In this document: positions 17,364 through 25,990 of the stretch, in pieces
Layout of the letters: every line of letters begins with the position of its first letter
Numbering within the stretch: position 1 is the first letter of the stretch
The notes under the pieces: model-generated
Databases searched by the model: none
What the model saw: the letters and a program-made list of their open reading frames with translations, nothing else
What the model was told of the DNA's origin: nothing
Origin: an archaeon
Lineage (GTDB): Archaea > Nanobdellota > Nanobdellia > Pacearchaeales > GW2011-AR1
Length of the DNA: 62,518 bases
NCBI GenBank assembly: GCA_009992215.1
Contig: JAACWB010000006.1
Span: 1-62,518, forward strand
Direction of reading: 5' to 3'
Program-made: the position numbers and the translations under genes

Positions 17364-19265
17364 ATGGAAAAAGAAAAATTTTACGTTACAACTGCAATTG
17401 ATTATGTTAATGCAGCACCGCATATAGGACATGCTTATCAAAAAATTATAGCGGATGTTTTGGCACGTTGGAATAAACTTTTAGGAAAGGATGTTTTGTT
17501 TGTTACAGGAACTGATGAACATGGAAAAAAAGTTCAGGAGTCAGCGGAAAAAGCAGGAATGGAACCTAAAGCATTTGTTGATTCGGTTGTTCCAAAATTC
17601 AAGGAAGCATGGGCAGCTTTGAATATTAATTATGACAGATTTATTCGTACAACTGATGAAGACCATAAGAAAGTTGTTCGTGAATTTATTTTGAAATGTA
17701 ACGAAAATGGTGATATTTACAAGGGAAGTTATTCTGGACTTTATTGTACTGGCTGTGAGCAGTTTTATACAGAGAAGGAAGTTGAAAACAATTTATGCCC
17801 TTTACACAATAGGCCTTTAGAAGAAATTAATGAGGAGAGTTATTTTTTCAAGCTTAGTAATTATACAGATTTTTTATTAAAATTATATGAAGAACATCCA
17901 GAATTTATTCAACCAAAAATTAGAAGAAATGAAATTGTTAACCGTGTTAGTGAAGGACTTCGTGATTTATCTATTACTCGGACTAGTTTTGATTGGGGAA
18001 TTCCTTTCCCACTTGACAAAAGCCATGTAACTTATGTTTGGTTTGATGCTTTGATAAATTATTATACTGCGACTCGTGAAAAAGGTCGAGAGGAATTTTG
18101 GGGTAAGCCAACAGTTCATTTGCTTGGTAAGGATAATACTTGGTTTCACACTGTTTATTGGCCAGCAATGCTTAAATCAGCAGGAATTGAGCTTCCACAT
18201 GTGACATTCAATCATGGTTTTTTGACTTTTAACGGACAAAAGATTTCAAAGTCACTTGGAAATGCAATTAGTCCACAAGTTTTAGTTGAAAAATATGGGG
18301 CTGATTCAATTAGATATTTTGTTTGTCGACATTTTCCTTTTTCTAGTGGAGGCGATGGAGATTTTGATGAAAAGGCTTTGGTTGATAGGCACAACGGAGA
18401 ACTTTTGAATAAGTTAGGTAATTTAGTTAGTCGAGTTACTGGATTAATTGAGAAGAATGGAATTAGTAGTGAAATGTATGATGAAACTCATTTAAATGTT
18501 GGGTATGATTTTAAAAAAATAAACGAGTTAATGGAAAATTTTGAGATTGATAAGGCTTTGAATGAAATTTTTGCTTCAATTGATAGATGTAATGAATGTG
18601 TTCAAGATACTAAACCTTGGGAAACAAAAGACAAGAGAGTTTTGTATGAACTTGCGGATGCAATTAAGAAAATTTCAATTTTACTTTATCCGTTTATTCC
18701 AACAACTTCTGAAAAAATTGCTGAGAAGTTTGGAGGTTGGGAATTTAGTTTGGAAGAATTTGAAAAACCTTTGAGTGCTAATGTTAGAATTGTTAAAGGG
18801 GAAAATTTGTTTAGTAGAATTGAACAAAAAGAGTTAGAAGCTGGAAGTGAGAAGTTAGAAGTTAAGGCAAAAACAGAAAAGATTAGTGAAAAAACTAATA
18901 AAGTAAAAAAACTTGAAGGTGTTATGACAATGGCGGAAGTTAATTTTGATGATTGGATGAAACTTGATTTGCGGGTTGCTGAAATTGAAAATGTTGAATT
19001 AATCGAAGGCGCTGATAAACTTTACAAGATAACTCTTAATGTTGGGGAACTTGGGAAAAGAACAATTTGTGCTGGAATGAGACCTTATTATTCACAGGAT
19101 GATTTGAAAGGTAGAAAGATAATTTATTTTTCTAATTTGAAACCACGAATGATGAAAGGGATTGAGTCGCAAGGAATGATGCTTGCTGCAGTTAGTCCTG
19201 ATGAGAAAACAGTTTCTATTATTTCACCTTCTGAAGAGATTGAAGTTGGCAGTCGAATAGGTTAA
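17364..19265 (+). CDS. metG: methionyl-tRNA synthetase with C-terminal tRNA-binding (Trbp111/EMAP-like) domain
   Basis: HIGH (APHIGHAY), KISKS, and C-terminal LDLRVAEI..ICAGMRPYY. Confidence 0.95.
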   Translation: MEKEKFYVTTAIDYVNAAPHIGHAYQKIIADVLARWNKLLGKDVLFVTGTDEHGKKVQESAEKAGMEPKAFVDSVVPKFKEAWAALNINYDRFIRTTDEDHKKVVREFILKCNENGDIYKGSYSGLYCTGCEQFYTEKEVENNLCPLHNRPLEEINEESYFFKLSNYTDFLLKLYEEHPEFIQPKIRRNEIVNRVSEGLRDLSITRTSFDWGIPFPLDKSHVTYVWFDALINYYTATREKGREEFWGKPTVHLLGKDNTWFHTVYWPAMLKSAGIELPHVTFNHGFLTFNGQKISKSLGNAISPQVLVEKYGADSIRYFVCRHFPFSSGGDGDFDEKALVDRHNGELLNKLGNLVSRVTGLIEKNGISSEMYDETHLNVGYDFKKINELMENFEIDKALNEIFASIDRCNECVQDTKPWETKDKRVLYELADAIKKISILLYPFIPTTSEKIAEKFGGWEFSLEEFEKPLSANVRIVKGENLFSRIEQKELEAGSEKLEVKAKTEKISEKTNKVKKLEGVMTMAEVNFDDWMKLDLRVAEIENVELIEGADKLYKITLNVGELGKRTICAGMRPYYSQDDLKGRKIIYFSNLKPRMMKGIESQGMMLAAVSPDEKTVSIISPSEEIEVGSRIG

Positions 19266-19335
19266 TTTTGATAAAAAATAATTTAAGAAGGGGATTTTGG
19301 AAATTATTTTAAAGTTTGAATTTTTGTTTTTAGTT

Positions 19336-19659
19336 ATGAAAAAATTGAAAATAATTCAAAGAACAAATTGGGAAAACAAATTTTATTTGAAAATTTTTGC
19401 AAACTTAGATTCTATGAAAACAATAAAACTGATTTCAAAAGAATTTGGAGATGATTACTTTTCTGATAATCAAGGAATTCCAAAGAAACTTTCAGATTAT
19501 GAAAAATGGAAAGATTTGTGGATTCCAATTATTGGAAAGAAAGTTTCTTGTGATATTATTTGTGGAGACAGGGCAATTCATTTAATTTTTTACAAGTTTC
19601 CAAGTTTTGATTTTGTAAATAAAGTTTTAGATAAATATTTTGAATGGGAAAAGGAATAA
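19336..19659 (+). CDS. hypothetical protein
   Basis: ORF with start trimmed to MKKLKIIQ. Confidence 0.45.
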   Translation: MKKLKIIQRTNWENKFYLKIFANLDSMKTIKLISKEFGDDYFSDNQGIPKKLSDYEKWKDLWIPIIGKKVSCDIICGDRAIHLIFYKFPSFDFVNKVLDKYFEWEKE

Positions 19660-19713
19660 TTTGATTTAATTTTGGATATAAATTTTTATAAAATATTTTT
19701 TATTTAGTTAGGA

Positions 19714-20583
19714 ATGATTGAAAAGAAAAGGCCTGTTGACTATAAGTGTTTGATTTTAAATAGTTATAATAAAGAAAGAATAAATAAAGAATTTGGTAAA
19801 GATATTTATAGATTAATTGAGTATGGAAAAGGGGAAATAAAATATATTGCCGGATTGAATGAATTCGTTGAAGATAGACTAAAAAAATTAATTTTTCCGA
19901 AATTATCTGTACATGAAAAATTTATAAGAGAAGGAGAATGGGAACCTTTTTTCTTTGAATCACAATCTATAATTAATCTCCCAAAATATCATGATAATTC
20001 TAAAGATTTATTGTATCGAGAAAAAAGAAAAGATATTATTATAAATTTTGTGAAAGATTTAGGAAAAGATACCCCTTCTGATATTGATAATTTTGTGAAT
20101 TTTGGTCCAAGTGAATATAATTGGATTAATGATTTTTTATCATTCATGCACAATAAATTTGGCAAATATTTTTCAAATAATAATTTATTTATTTTCAATG
20201 ATTACAAAGATGAATGTTTTGGAAAGGATACAAATTATATTGATTATCCATATCCTCCTGCATATTTTTTGAGTGATATTGAAAAATATCTTAAAAAAGA
20301 TTATAATTTGGATATCAAAAAAGATTTGGGTGATTGGATTGTAGCTAATGAATATGTTGAAGGAAGGTATTGGGAAAGATATTTTTTGTTTGGGATGGAG
20401 TTGGAAACGTATAAAAAAATTAGGTGTTCTAAAGATATTGAGGTTGCTATTGGTTTAATGAATAAAGATTTAGAAAAAATAGATTTCCCAGATTGGAAAC
20501 CTTGTATCCCAATTTATATGGATTATTATTGGAAAGAGGATTATGATAAATTCAATAAATCTCTTAATGTTGATAAAAAATAA
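19714..20583 (+). CDS. hypothetical protein
   Basis: ORF of 289 aa with no recognised motif. Confidence 0.5.
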   Translation: MIEKKRPVDYKCLILNSYNKERINKEFGKDIYRLIEYGKGEIKYIAGLNEFVEDRLKKLIFPKLSVHEKFIREGEWEPFFFESQSIINLPKYHDNSKDLLYREKRKDIIINFVKDLGKDTPSDIDNFVNFGPSEYNWINDFLSFMHNKFGKYFSNNNLFIFNDYKDECFGKDTNYIDYPYPPAYFLSDIEKYLKKDYNLDIKKDLGDWIVANEYVEGRYWERYFLFGMELETYKKIRCSKDIEVAIGLMNKDLEKIDFPDWKPCIPIYMDYYWKEDYDKFNKSLNVDKK

Positions 20584-21357
20584 TTAATATTTCTTAAATG
20601 CGTTAAAGAATCTTTTGAAGAATTTCTCTTTGTCTTTGTCAGAATCATATTCAACTCCGCTTAATCTTGCAGCAATTTCTTTGTATGCTCTTGCTGGTTT
20701 TGATTTTGGATGTGTGTGTACTACAGCGTCTTTTAGTCTTAATGCTTCTTGCATTACAATATCTTCAGGTATCATTCCCAAAATTGGCGCTTCAAGCATT
20801 TCTTTTACAACGTCGGGTTGCAATTCTGACCTATTTTTTCTAACTCTTGTTATTATTACTCCAGCAATACTTTTCTTGTGTTGTTCTGCAACCTTGATTG
20901 CTTTTAGTGCATCAGTGATTGCGGGCATTTCGGGGTTTGTTACAAGAATTAATTCATCTGCAGTTTTTATGACTTCAGTTGCTTCAAGCCCTAAGCCTGC
21001 GGCGCTGTCAATTATTACATATTCAGAAATGTCTAAAAAATCTTTTTTGAAATCTTTCATTCTTTCAGGTCTTATCTTTTTTAGTTCTTTTACTGAAAGA
21101 GAAGCGGGCATTATTTTTAATCCTGATTTGTGTTCGTATACTGCTTCAAAAGGATAGGCTTTTTTTTCTAAAACATGATTTAAACTTACTGGAACTTCAG
21201 GAGAGTTTAGGTGGATTCCCACATTTGGCGTTGTTAAGTTAGCATCAATAATTAAAACATCTTTTCCAAAAGAATTAAGTGCAGCTCCAAGATTTATTGC
21301 AGTTGTTGTTTTTCCTACTCCGCCTTTTCCGGATGTAATCACAATAATCTTTTTCAT
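20584..21357 (-). CDS. minD: MinD/ParA-family P-loop ATPase
   Basis: MKKIIVITSGKGGVGKTTTAINLGAAL is a deviant Walker A. Start trimmed to MKKIIV, which abuts the upstream gene stop at 21359. Confidence 0.85.
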   Translation of the reverse strand: MKKIIVITSGKGGVGKTTTAINLGAALNSFGKDVLIIDANLTTPNVGIHLNSPEVPVSLNHVLEKKAYPFEAVYEHKSGLKIMPASLSVKELKKIRPERMKDFKKDFLDISEYVIIDSAAGLGLEATEVIKTADELILVTNPEMPAITDALKAIKVAEQHKKSIAGVIITRVRKNRSELQPDVVKEMLEAPILGMIPEDIVMQEALRLKDAVVHTHPKSKPARAYKEIAARLSGVEYDSDKDKEKFFKRFFNAFKKY

Positions 21358-21358
21358 T

Positions 21359-21802
21359 TTATTTCTTAAAGAGTTCCTCTTTTGTTGAATTAATAAATTT
21401 TTCAAGCATTTCTGCATATATTTTTAGTTGCTCTAAATTAACGTTAACTTCTTCTCCTCTAAATTGAATTTTTAATGCAACATTCTTTCTGAATTCTCCA
21501 ATTCTTTCAGTTTTTAGTTCTTCAATTTTTCTTAGCATCATAAAAAAATCAATTGTATCTATAAAATTTTTATCATCTTTAAAGAGAATTTTAATTTCAC
21601 GAATTTTCCCAATTGCGTTATCAGGAATTGTGTTTAACTTTCCTTCTTTTTTTGCTTTTAATAAAAGATGATCAATACATGTGTCAATCATTTTTCTCCA
21701 CCTAATTAAAAGATTCATAATTACATCACAAGTTTTTGTATATTTTAGACTCACGTACAACAAATGGTCGGCTGATATTTTTTCTTGAATGATTTCTTCC
21801 AT
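21359..21802 (-). CDS. hypothetical helical protein (147 aa)
   Basis: ORF. Its C-terminal half resembles the next gene upstream. Confidence 0.5.
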   Translation of the reverse strand: MEEIIQEKISADHLLYVSLKYTKTCDVIMNLLIRWRKMIDTCIDHLLLKAKKEGKLNTIPDNAIGKIREIKILFKDDKNFIDTIDFFMMLRKIEELKTERIGEFRKNVALKIQFRGEEVNVNLEQLKIYAEMLEKFINSTKEELFKK

Positions 21803-21865
21803 CTTAACTCCTAAAATTTTGCAGAATTATTTTAAGAAGGGTGCACTCCTTTTTATACTTATCCC

Positions 21866-22309
21866 CTATAAAGAGTTAAAAAATTCTTTTCCTTTTTTTA
21901 TTGAATCAAAAAAAGTTTTTAATTTTTCTAAAGTTATTTTTTCAATATTTTGATTTTCATCCAAAATAATTATTTTTCCTTGTCGCAAGAATTCTATTGA
22001 GGACGATTTATGCTTTTTGTATAAATTAAACAATTCAAAAATGTTTAAGACTTCTTCAACTAAATTATTCTCTTTTGAAATTTCTATTAATTTTTGTTTG
22101 TTTTCTTCAACATTTTGTGTTAAAGTTATTTTTCCTTTAAGATGATAATTTTTTAGAATTGAAGTTAAAAGAAGTTTTCCTGCTCGATGTTCTTCTTCAA
22201 GGCAGTTTAATAAAATGTTTTTATTTTTTAGAAATCTAGACAAAAAAAGTGACTTTTCTATTGTCTTATATAGTTCATTAAATTCTTTTATTTCCTCAGA
22301 GTGTTTCAT
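21866..22309 (-). CDS. hypothetical helical protein (147 aa, paralog-like)
   Basis: Same length as 21359..21802, with shared pattern ..EF.R....I......LE.LK. Confidence 0.5.
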   Translation of the reverse strand: MKHSEEIKEFNELYKTIEKSLFLSRFLKNKNILLNCLEEEHRAGKLLLTSILKNYHLKGKITLTQNVEENKQKLIEISKENNLVEEVLNIFELFNLYKKHKSSSIEFLRQGKIIILDENQNIEKITLEKLKTFFDSIKKGKEFFNSL

Positions 22310-22363
22310 AGTAACAATTCTTTCTATGAGTTTTTAATAATTGTTATATTTTAGAGAATAAAA

Positions 22364-22693
22364 TTATGCAAGTTCCATAATTGCTTCGGCAAGGTCCCCA
22401 GTTTTTTCAAGGGCTTCTTTTGCTTCTTTTTCAGTACAATTAGTTTTTTCCATAACTGTTTTTATGTCTTCAGCAGAAATTCCAACTTCAACAGATTCTA
22501 CTCTTTCTTCACCAGTTATTTGAAAAGAAGTTTGTCCTTGCATTTTGATTTTAACAACATTTGGTTCATCAATAATTAATTTTTCCCCGTCTTTTTTTTC
22601 AATTATTACTCTTTTTGCTAGAATTTCATCTTGGCTGATGCCCATCTTTCGCATCATTGCTTGCATTTGTTTTGGGTTTACTCCTCCGAACAT
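22364..22693 (-). CDS. nac: nascent polypeptide-associated complex protein
   Basis: MFGGVNPKQMQAMMRKMGI and a C-terminal UBA segment KEALEKTGDLAEAIMEL. ATG at 22693 preferred over the TTG at 22708. Confidence 0.9.
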   Translation of the reverse strand: MFGGVNPKQMQAMMRKMGISQDEILAKRVIIEKKDGEKLIIDEPNVVKIKMQGQTSFQITGEERVESVEVGISAEDIKTVMEKTNCTEKEAKEALEKTGDLAEAIMELA

Positions 22694-22700
22694 TTTAGAA

Positions 22701-22862
22701 TTATCCAAATATATATTTTAATCCAATTCTGAATCCTACGATTAGAATTACAAATACAACTACATGAGTTGGCTTGAGCATGAATTTTGAAGCGTATTCT
22801 TCTTTATAGTTTACAAGCCCACCGAATCCTGAGGGCAAGTTTATTCCTTGTTGTTGTGCCAT
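22701..22862 (-). CDS. secG: preprotein translocase Sec61-beta/SecG (53 aa)
   Basis: Hand translation: MAQQQGINLPSGFGGLVNYKEEYASKFMLKPTHVVVFVILIVGFRIGLKYIFG. It is tail-anchored, has a GGLxxYxEE motif and is below the ORF-track cutoff. Confidence 0.75.
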   Translation of the reverse strand: MAQQQGINLPSGFGGLVNYKEEYASKFMLKPTHVVVFVILIVGFRIGLKYIFG

Positions 22863-22909
22863 GTTAAAAAAATGAATTCCTTATTTATAAAATTTTGGAA
22901 TTCATTTTT

Positions 22910-23029
22910 TAGCTTGTAGTTTGTAGCTGGAAGCTTGTAGCTGAAAAGTTCTTCGTTATAATATTTCAAACACCCGCCCAATTTGGAATGCCCGCCCTAA
23001 TTACGAAGAAATTTTCTAAATGGAATTAG
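22910..23029 (+). repeat. C-tract hairpin repeat, copy A (with TAGCTTGTAG left flank)
   Basis: tagcttgtag..gaaaagttcttcgttata..cacccgcccaatttggaatgcccgccc..taattacgaagaaattttc..gaattag. Confidence 0.8.
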
Positions 23030-23076
23030 AAAAAAGAGAGATTAGTGAGTAGGGAATAAAAATAATTCGCAAAATA

Positions 23077-24096
23077 TTAAATTTGTTCTTTTAGCGTGCA
23101 GTCTTTTGGTTTTTTGTCTTCACGCATACGAAGAAAAACTGGAGCTCGCATCATTTTGTCTTTTGTTATTTCCAAAAATTTTGCTTCACAAACAAGTTTT
23201 GGTTTTACAAAGATTGTGCCCTTTGGAAGAGATTGTATTTCGGGTTTTTCTGTTTTAATTTTTTCTAATTTTGAGAGTATTTCTTCTTGTTCAATTTCTG
23301 AGAAACCTGTTCCAACTTTTCCAATGTAAATTAATTTTTTATTTTCATAAACTGCTAAGAGGAGTGTTGAGAGTTTTCTTTTTTCTTGGGTATAACCAAT
23401 AATTATTGCATCAATTGAATTTGTATTTTTTATTTTTATCCAAGCATTTCTTCTTTTTCCTTCGTAATATCTTTCTAATGGATTTTTTGCAATAACACCT
23501 TCTCCTCCTTTTTTAGCAATTTTATCAAATAATAATTTTCCATTTTTTGAAGATGTAACTAGTTTCAAATTTTTATTGAAAATTTCTTCGTTATTGTTTG
23601 CGCCCATTTTTCGTGAATTTGCGCCCACCCTCCCTAATTCCGAAGAAATTTTCTTTTTGTTAACATTTACATTTAATATTGATTTTAATATTTGAAATCT
23701 TTCTTTTTGTGAAAGTTGTGTTAATTTTTTCTCTTCGAGTTCTAAAATATCAAAAGCAACGTAAGTTGCAGGAGAAGATTTTGAACGTTTTTCTATTAAG
23801 TCTTTATCTTCAAGTAAATCTCTGTGTTGAAGTAAATTGAAACGTGAAATTCCTGTTTTATCAAAAATAACTATTTCTCCATCAAGAACACAAGAACTTG
23901 CTTTTATGTTTTTTTCAAAATTAAATTCTGGATATCGGTGTGTTATGTCATTATTTCTTCTGTTAATTATTTTAATTGTTGAATTATTTTTGTAGAGAAT
24001 TCCTCTTGTTCCATCAAGTTTTGTTTCGTACACGAAGTTTTTTATTTTTAGGTCTTCTTTTGTTCCTAATTTTGCAAGCATCGGATTATATTTCAT
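23077..24096 (-). CDS. minimal ATP-dependent DNA ligase (adenylation + OB domains) carrying an in-frame repeat insertion
   Basis: Motif I KLDGTRG, motif III AFDIL, motif IV EGVIAK, motif V WIKIK. Residues ~148-173 (KKISSELGRVGANSRKMGANNNEEIF) are encoded by a copy of the intergenic repeat. Confidence 0.8.
   Translation of the reverse strand: MKYNPMLAKLGTKEDLKIKNFVYETKLDGTRGILYKNNSTIKIINRRNNDITHRYPEFNFEKNIKASSCVLDGEIVIFDKTGISRFNLLQHRDLLEDKDLIEKRSKSSPATYVAFDILELEEKKLTQLSQKERFQILKSILNVNVNKKKISSELGRVGANSRKMGANNNEEIFNKNLKLVTSSKNGKLLFDKIAKKGGEGVIAKNPLERYYEGKRRNAWIKIKNTNSIDAIIIGYTQEKRKLSTLLLAVYENKKLIYIGKVGTGFSEIEQEEILSKLEKIKTEKPEIQSLPKGTIFVKPKLVCEAKFLEITKDKMMRAPVFLRMREDKKPKDCTLKEQI
23578..23653 (+). 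repeat. C-tract hairpin repeat, copy B (inside ligase CDS)
   Basis: gaaaatttcttcgttattgtttgcgcccatttttcgtgaatttgcgcccaccctccctaattccgaagaaattttc. Confidence 0.8.
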
Positions 24097-24211
24097 GTAT
24101 TGGATAAGGAGTTTTTATTTATTGGATTTATTTCTTTATTTTCCTAAAAAGTTCTGTTTTTTGTCCAGATATTTTCTTTAATATTATTTATTTTGATTAT
24201 TTTGTTCTTTA

Positions 24212-24832
24212 ATGGAAATGGATGATATGCTTGAGAGTGTTATGAATTATATGTCTTATTTTGGAGAGGTTGATAAAAGAATTATTGAAGCGATGAAATT
24301 TATTGACAGGAAAAAATTTTATCCTTTTATGGATGAAGCGTACAATGACATTCCTCTTGAAATAGGTAAAGAACAAACAATTAGTCAGCCTTCAACTGTT
24401 GGGAGAATGCTTCAGTTGTTGAAATTAGAAAAGGGAAATTCTTGTTTAGAAATTGGGGCAGGAAGTGGGTGGCTTGCGGCGTTACTTGCTTATATTGTTA
24501 AACCAGGACATGTCGTTTCATTTGAATTTCATCCTGAACTTGTGGACTTTGCAAGAAAAAATATTGGAGGATTTAATTTAACAAATTTAAAAATTGAGGA
24601 ACAAGATTTTTTGGAATTGTTGCAGAGTTATGACCGGATTATTTTTAGTTGTGGAATAGAAAAGGATGAAGAGAAAGAAATTGAAGAATGGGTTTTTTCG
24701 CATTTGAAGGAAAATGGTGTTTGTATTGTTCCATTTCGTGAAGGTCCGCTTTTAATTTTTGAAAAAATTAAGGGAAAATTGAAAATGACAAGGACGAGGG
24801 AGGAGTATACGTTTGCTCCACTTCTTAAGTGA
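24212..24832 (+). CDS. pcm: protein-L-isoaspartate O-methyltransferase
   Basis: TISQPSTVGRMLQLL and LEIGAGSGWLAALLA. Confidence 0.85.
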   Translation: MEMDDMLESVMNYMSYFGEVDKRIIEAMKFIDRKKFYPFMDEAYNDIPLEIGKEQTISQPSTVGRMLQLLKLEKGNSCLEIGAGSGWLAALLAYIVKPGHVVSFEFHPELVDFARKNIGGFNLTNLKIEEQDFLELLQSYDRIIFSCGIEKDEEKEIEEWVFSHLKENGVCIVPFREGPLLIFEKIKGKLKMTRTREEYTFAPLLK

Positions 24833-24850
24833 TTTTTGAATTTTAACTGA

Positions 24851-24919
24851 TTGATACTTGTTAAAGAAATTTCTCATGTAGCGCTGCTACACCACGAAAT
24901 TTTTTAACTGCGTCTGAAT
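24851..24919 (+). repeat. post-stop hairpin module, subtype 1, copy a
   Basis: ttgatacttgttaaagaaatttctcatgtagcgctgctacaccacgaaattttttaactgcgtctgaat, 19 nt after the pcm stop. Confidence 0.8.
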
Positions 24920-25032
24920 CTAGTTAAAATTAAAAAAGAGAAATTTGGAAGAGTAGATTTTTTGTAATTTGTTTTAATTCTAGAAAAGTAACAGAAACAA
25001 AAGTTTTATAAAATTTAAATTTATGAATTTGT

Positions 25033-25740
25033 ATGGCACCAGATTATAGGATAAACATGGCAAAGGAAGATTTTGATAAATTAATCAAAACAGCTGACAC
25101 TTTCGGAATGGAGTATAAAATTCTTTCCTCAGAAAAAAATGTAAAAATAATTCCCTCAAGAGAATCAATAAAATCAAAATATATTGAGGTTCCCTCAATT
25201 GGGTTAGTTGTTCCAAAAGAGAGAACACTTTTCAATAATAATTTTTATGAATGTCAGGAAAAACTCCATGCAAATAATGAAAAAATGTTAACTCCTAACG
25301 AGTTTAGAGAGTTTTTAAAAGTTGCAAAAGAGAATGACATTAATTTATATAATGAAATTACTCAAGTTCGTTCACCTTGGAGAGCAGAGTGGCTTGATGC
25401 AGATTTCAAATATGAAAATAACAAGATGTTTGTAGAATATCATAAATTTGACGAAAATGGAAAAATAAAAAAAATAAGAGAAGAATTAGATAAAAATACT
25501 TTAATGAAAGATAAAATTCCAGGAATTTCATTAGAATCTTGGTTAGAAAATTCCACTTCTCAAGGTTTACCTAAAACAACTGTAAGTGAAGGAAATTTAT
25601 ATTATTGGACTCCAGATAAAAACAATAATTCAGTCGCGAGGTTCGATGCTAGCTCTTACGGGGCTGACCTCGTTGCTTACGGGGTTCCGTCTTATTGGTA
25701 TTCCAATCTCGGGGTACGAGCTGCAAAGTATAAATTATAA
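25033..25740 (+). CDS. hypothetical protein
   Basis: ORF of 235 aa. The C-terminal tail YYWTPD..YWYSNLGVRAAK is vaguely DUF1566/FISUMP-like. Confidence 0.5.
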   Translation: MAPDYRINMAKEDFDKLIKTADTFGMEYKILSSEKNVKIIPSRESIKSKYIEVPSIGLVVPKERTLFNNNFYECQEKLHANNEKMLTPNEFREFLKVAKENDINLYNEITQVRSPWRAEWLDADFKYENNKMFVEYHKFDENGKIKKIREELDKNTLMKDKIPGISLESWLENSTSQGLPKTTVSEGNLYYWTPDKNNNSVARFDASSYGADLVAYGVPSYWYSNLGVRAAKYKL

Positions 25741-25909
25741 AATTATTCATTAAATTTGTCTACCGTATAATACCAAATTTCACATTTTTTCCAGTCGTCT
25801 CTATTTAGTCCAGCTTTCAAGGAAAGTTGTTCAAAAAAACCCTCTTTGTTATGAATTTCTTCCCAAACGGACGGCAAAAAAGTTGCTTGATTTTGGCCAT
25901 TTTTTAGTC

Positions 25910-25940
25910 CAAACTAATTCAAAAATAATTCAAAATTGGG
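25910..25940 (+). repeat. isolated AAACTAATTCAAAAATAATTCAAAATTGGG box
   Basis: Same 3' box as copies c, d and e, located ~50 nt upstream of valS. Confidence 0.6.
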
Positions 25941-25990
25941 TTTTAATTTAAGACAGAAGTTTTTTTAAATTAGCCTCACTAGATTTTGTT

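Noticed and set aside
25631-25725. Local GC-rich patch with a repeated cttacgggg at the 3' end of ORF 25033..25740 (possible embedded RNA or tRNA fragment).
   Set aside because: I could not fold it into a tRNA or another convincing structure on either strand. It reads cleanly as a Gly/Tyr/Trp-rich C-terminal motif, so it is more likely a conserved protein segment.
25743-25900. Possible minus-strand small ORF in the 250-nt gap upstream of valS.
   Set aside because: Careful translation gives only 27 aa before a stop.
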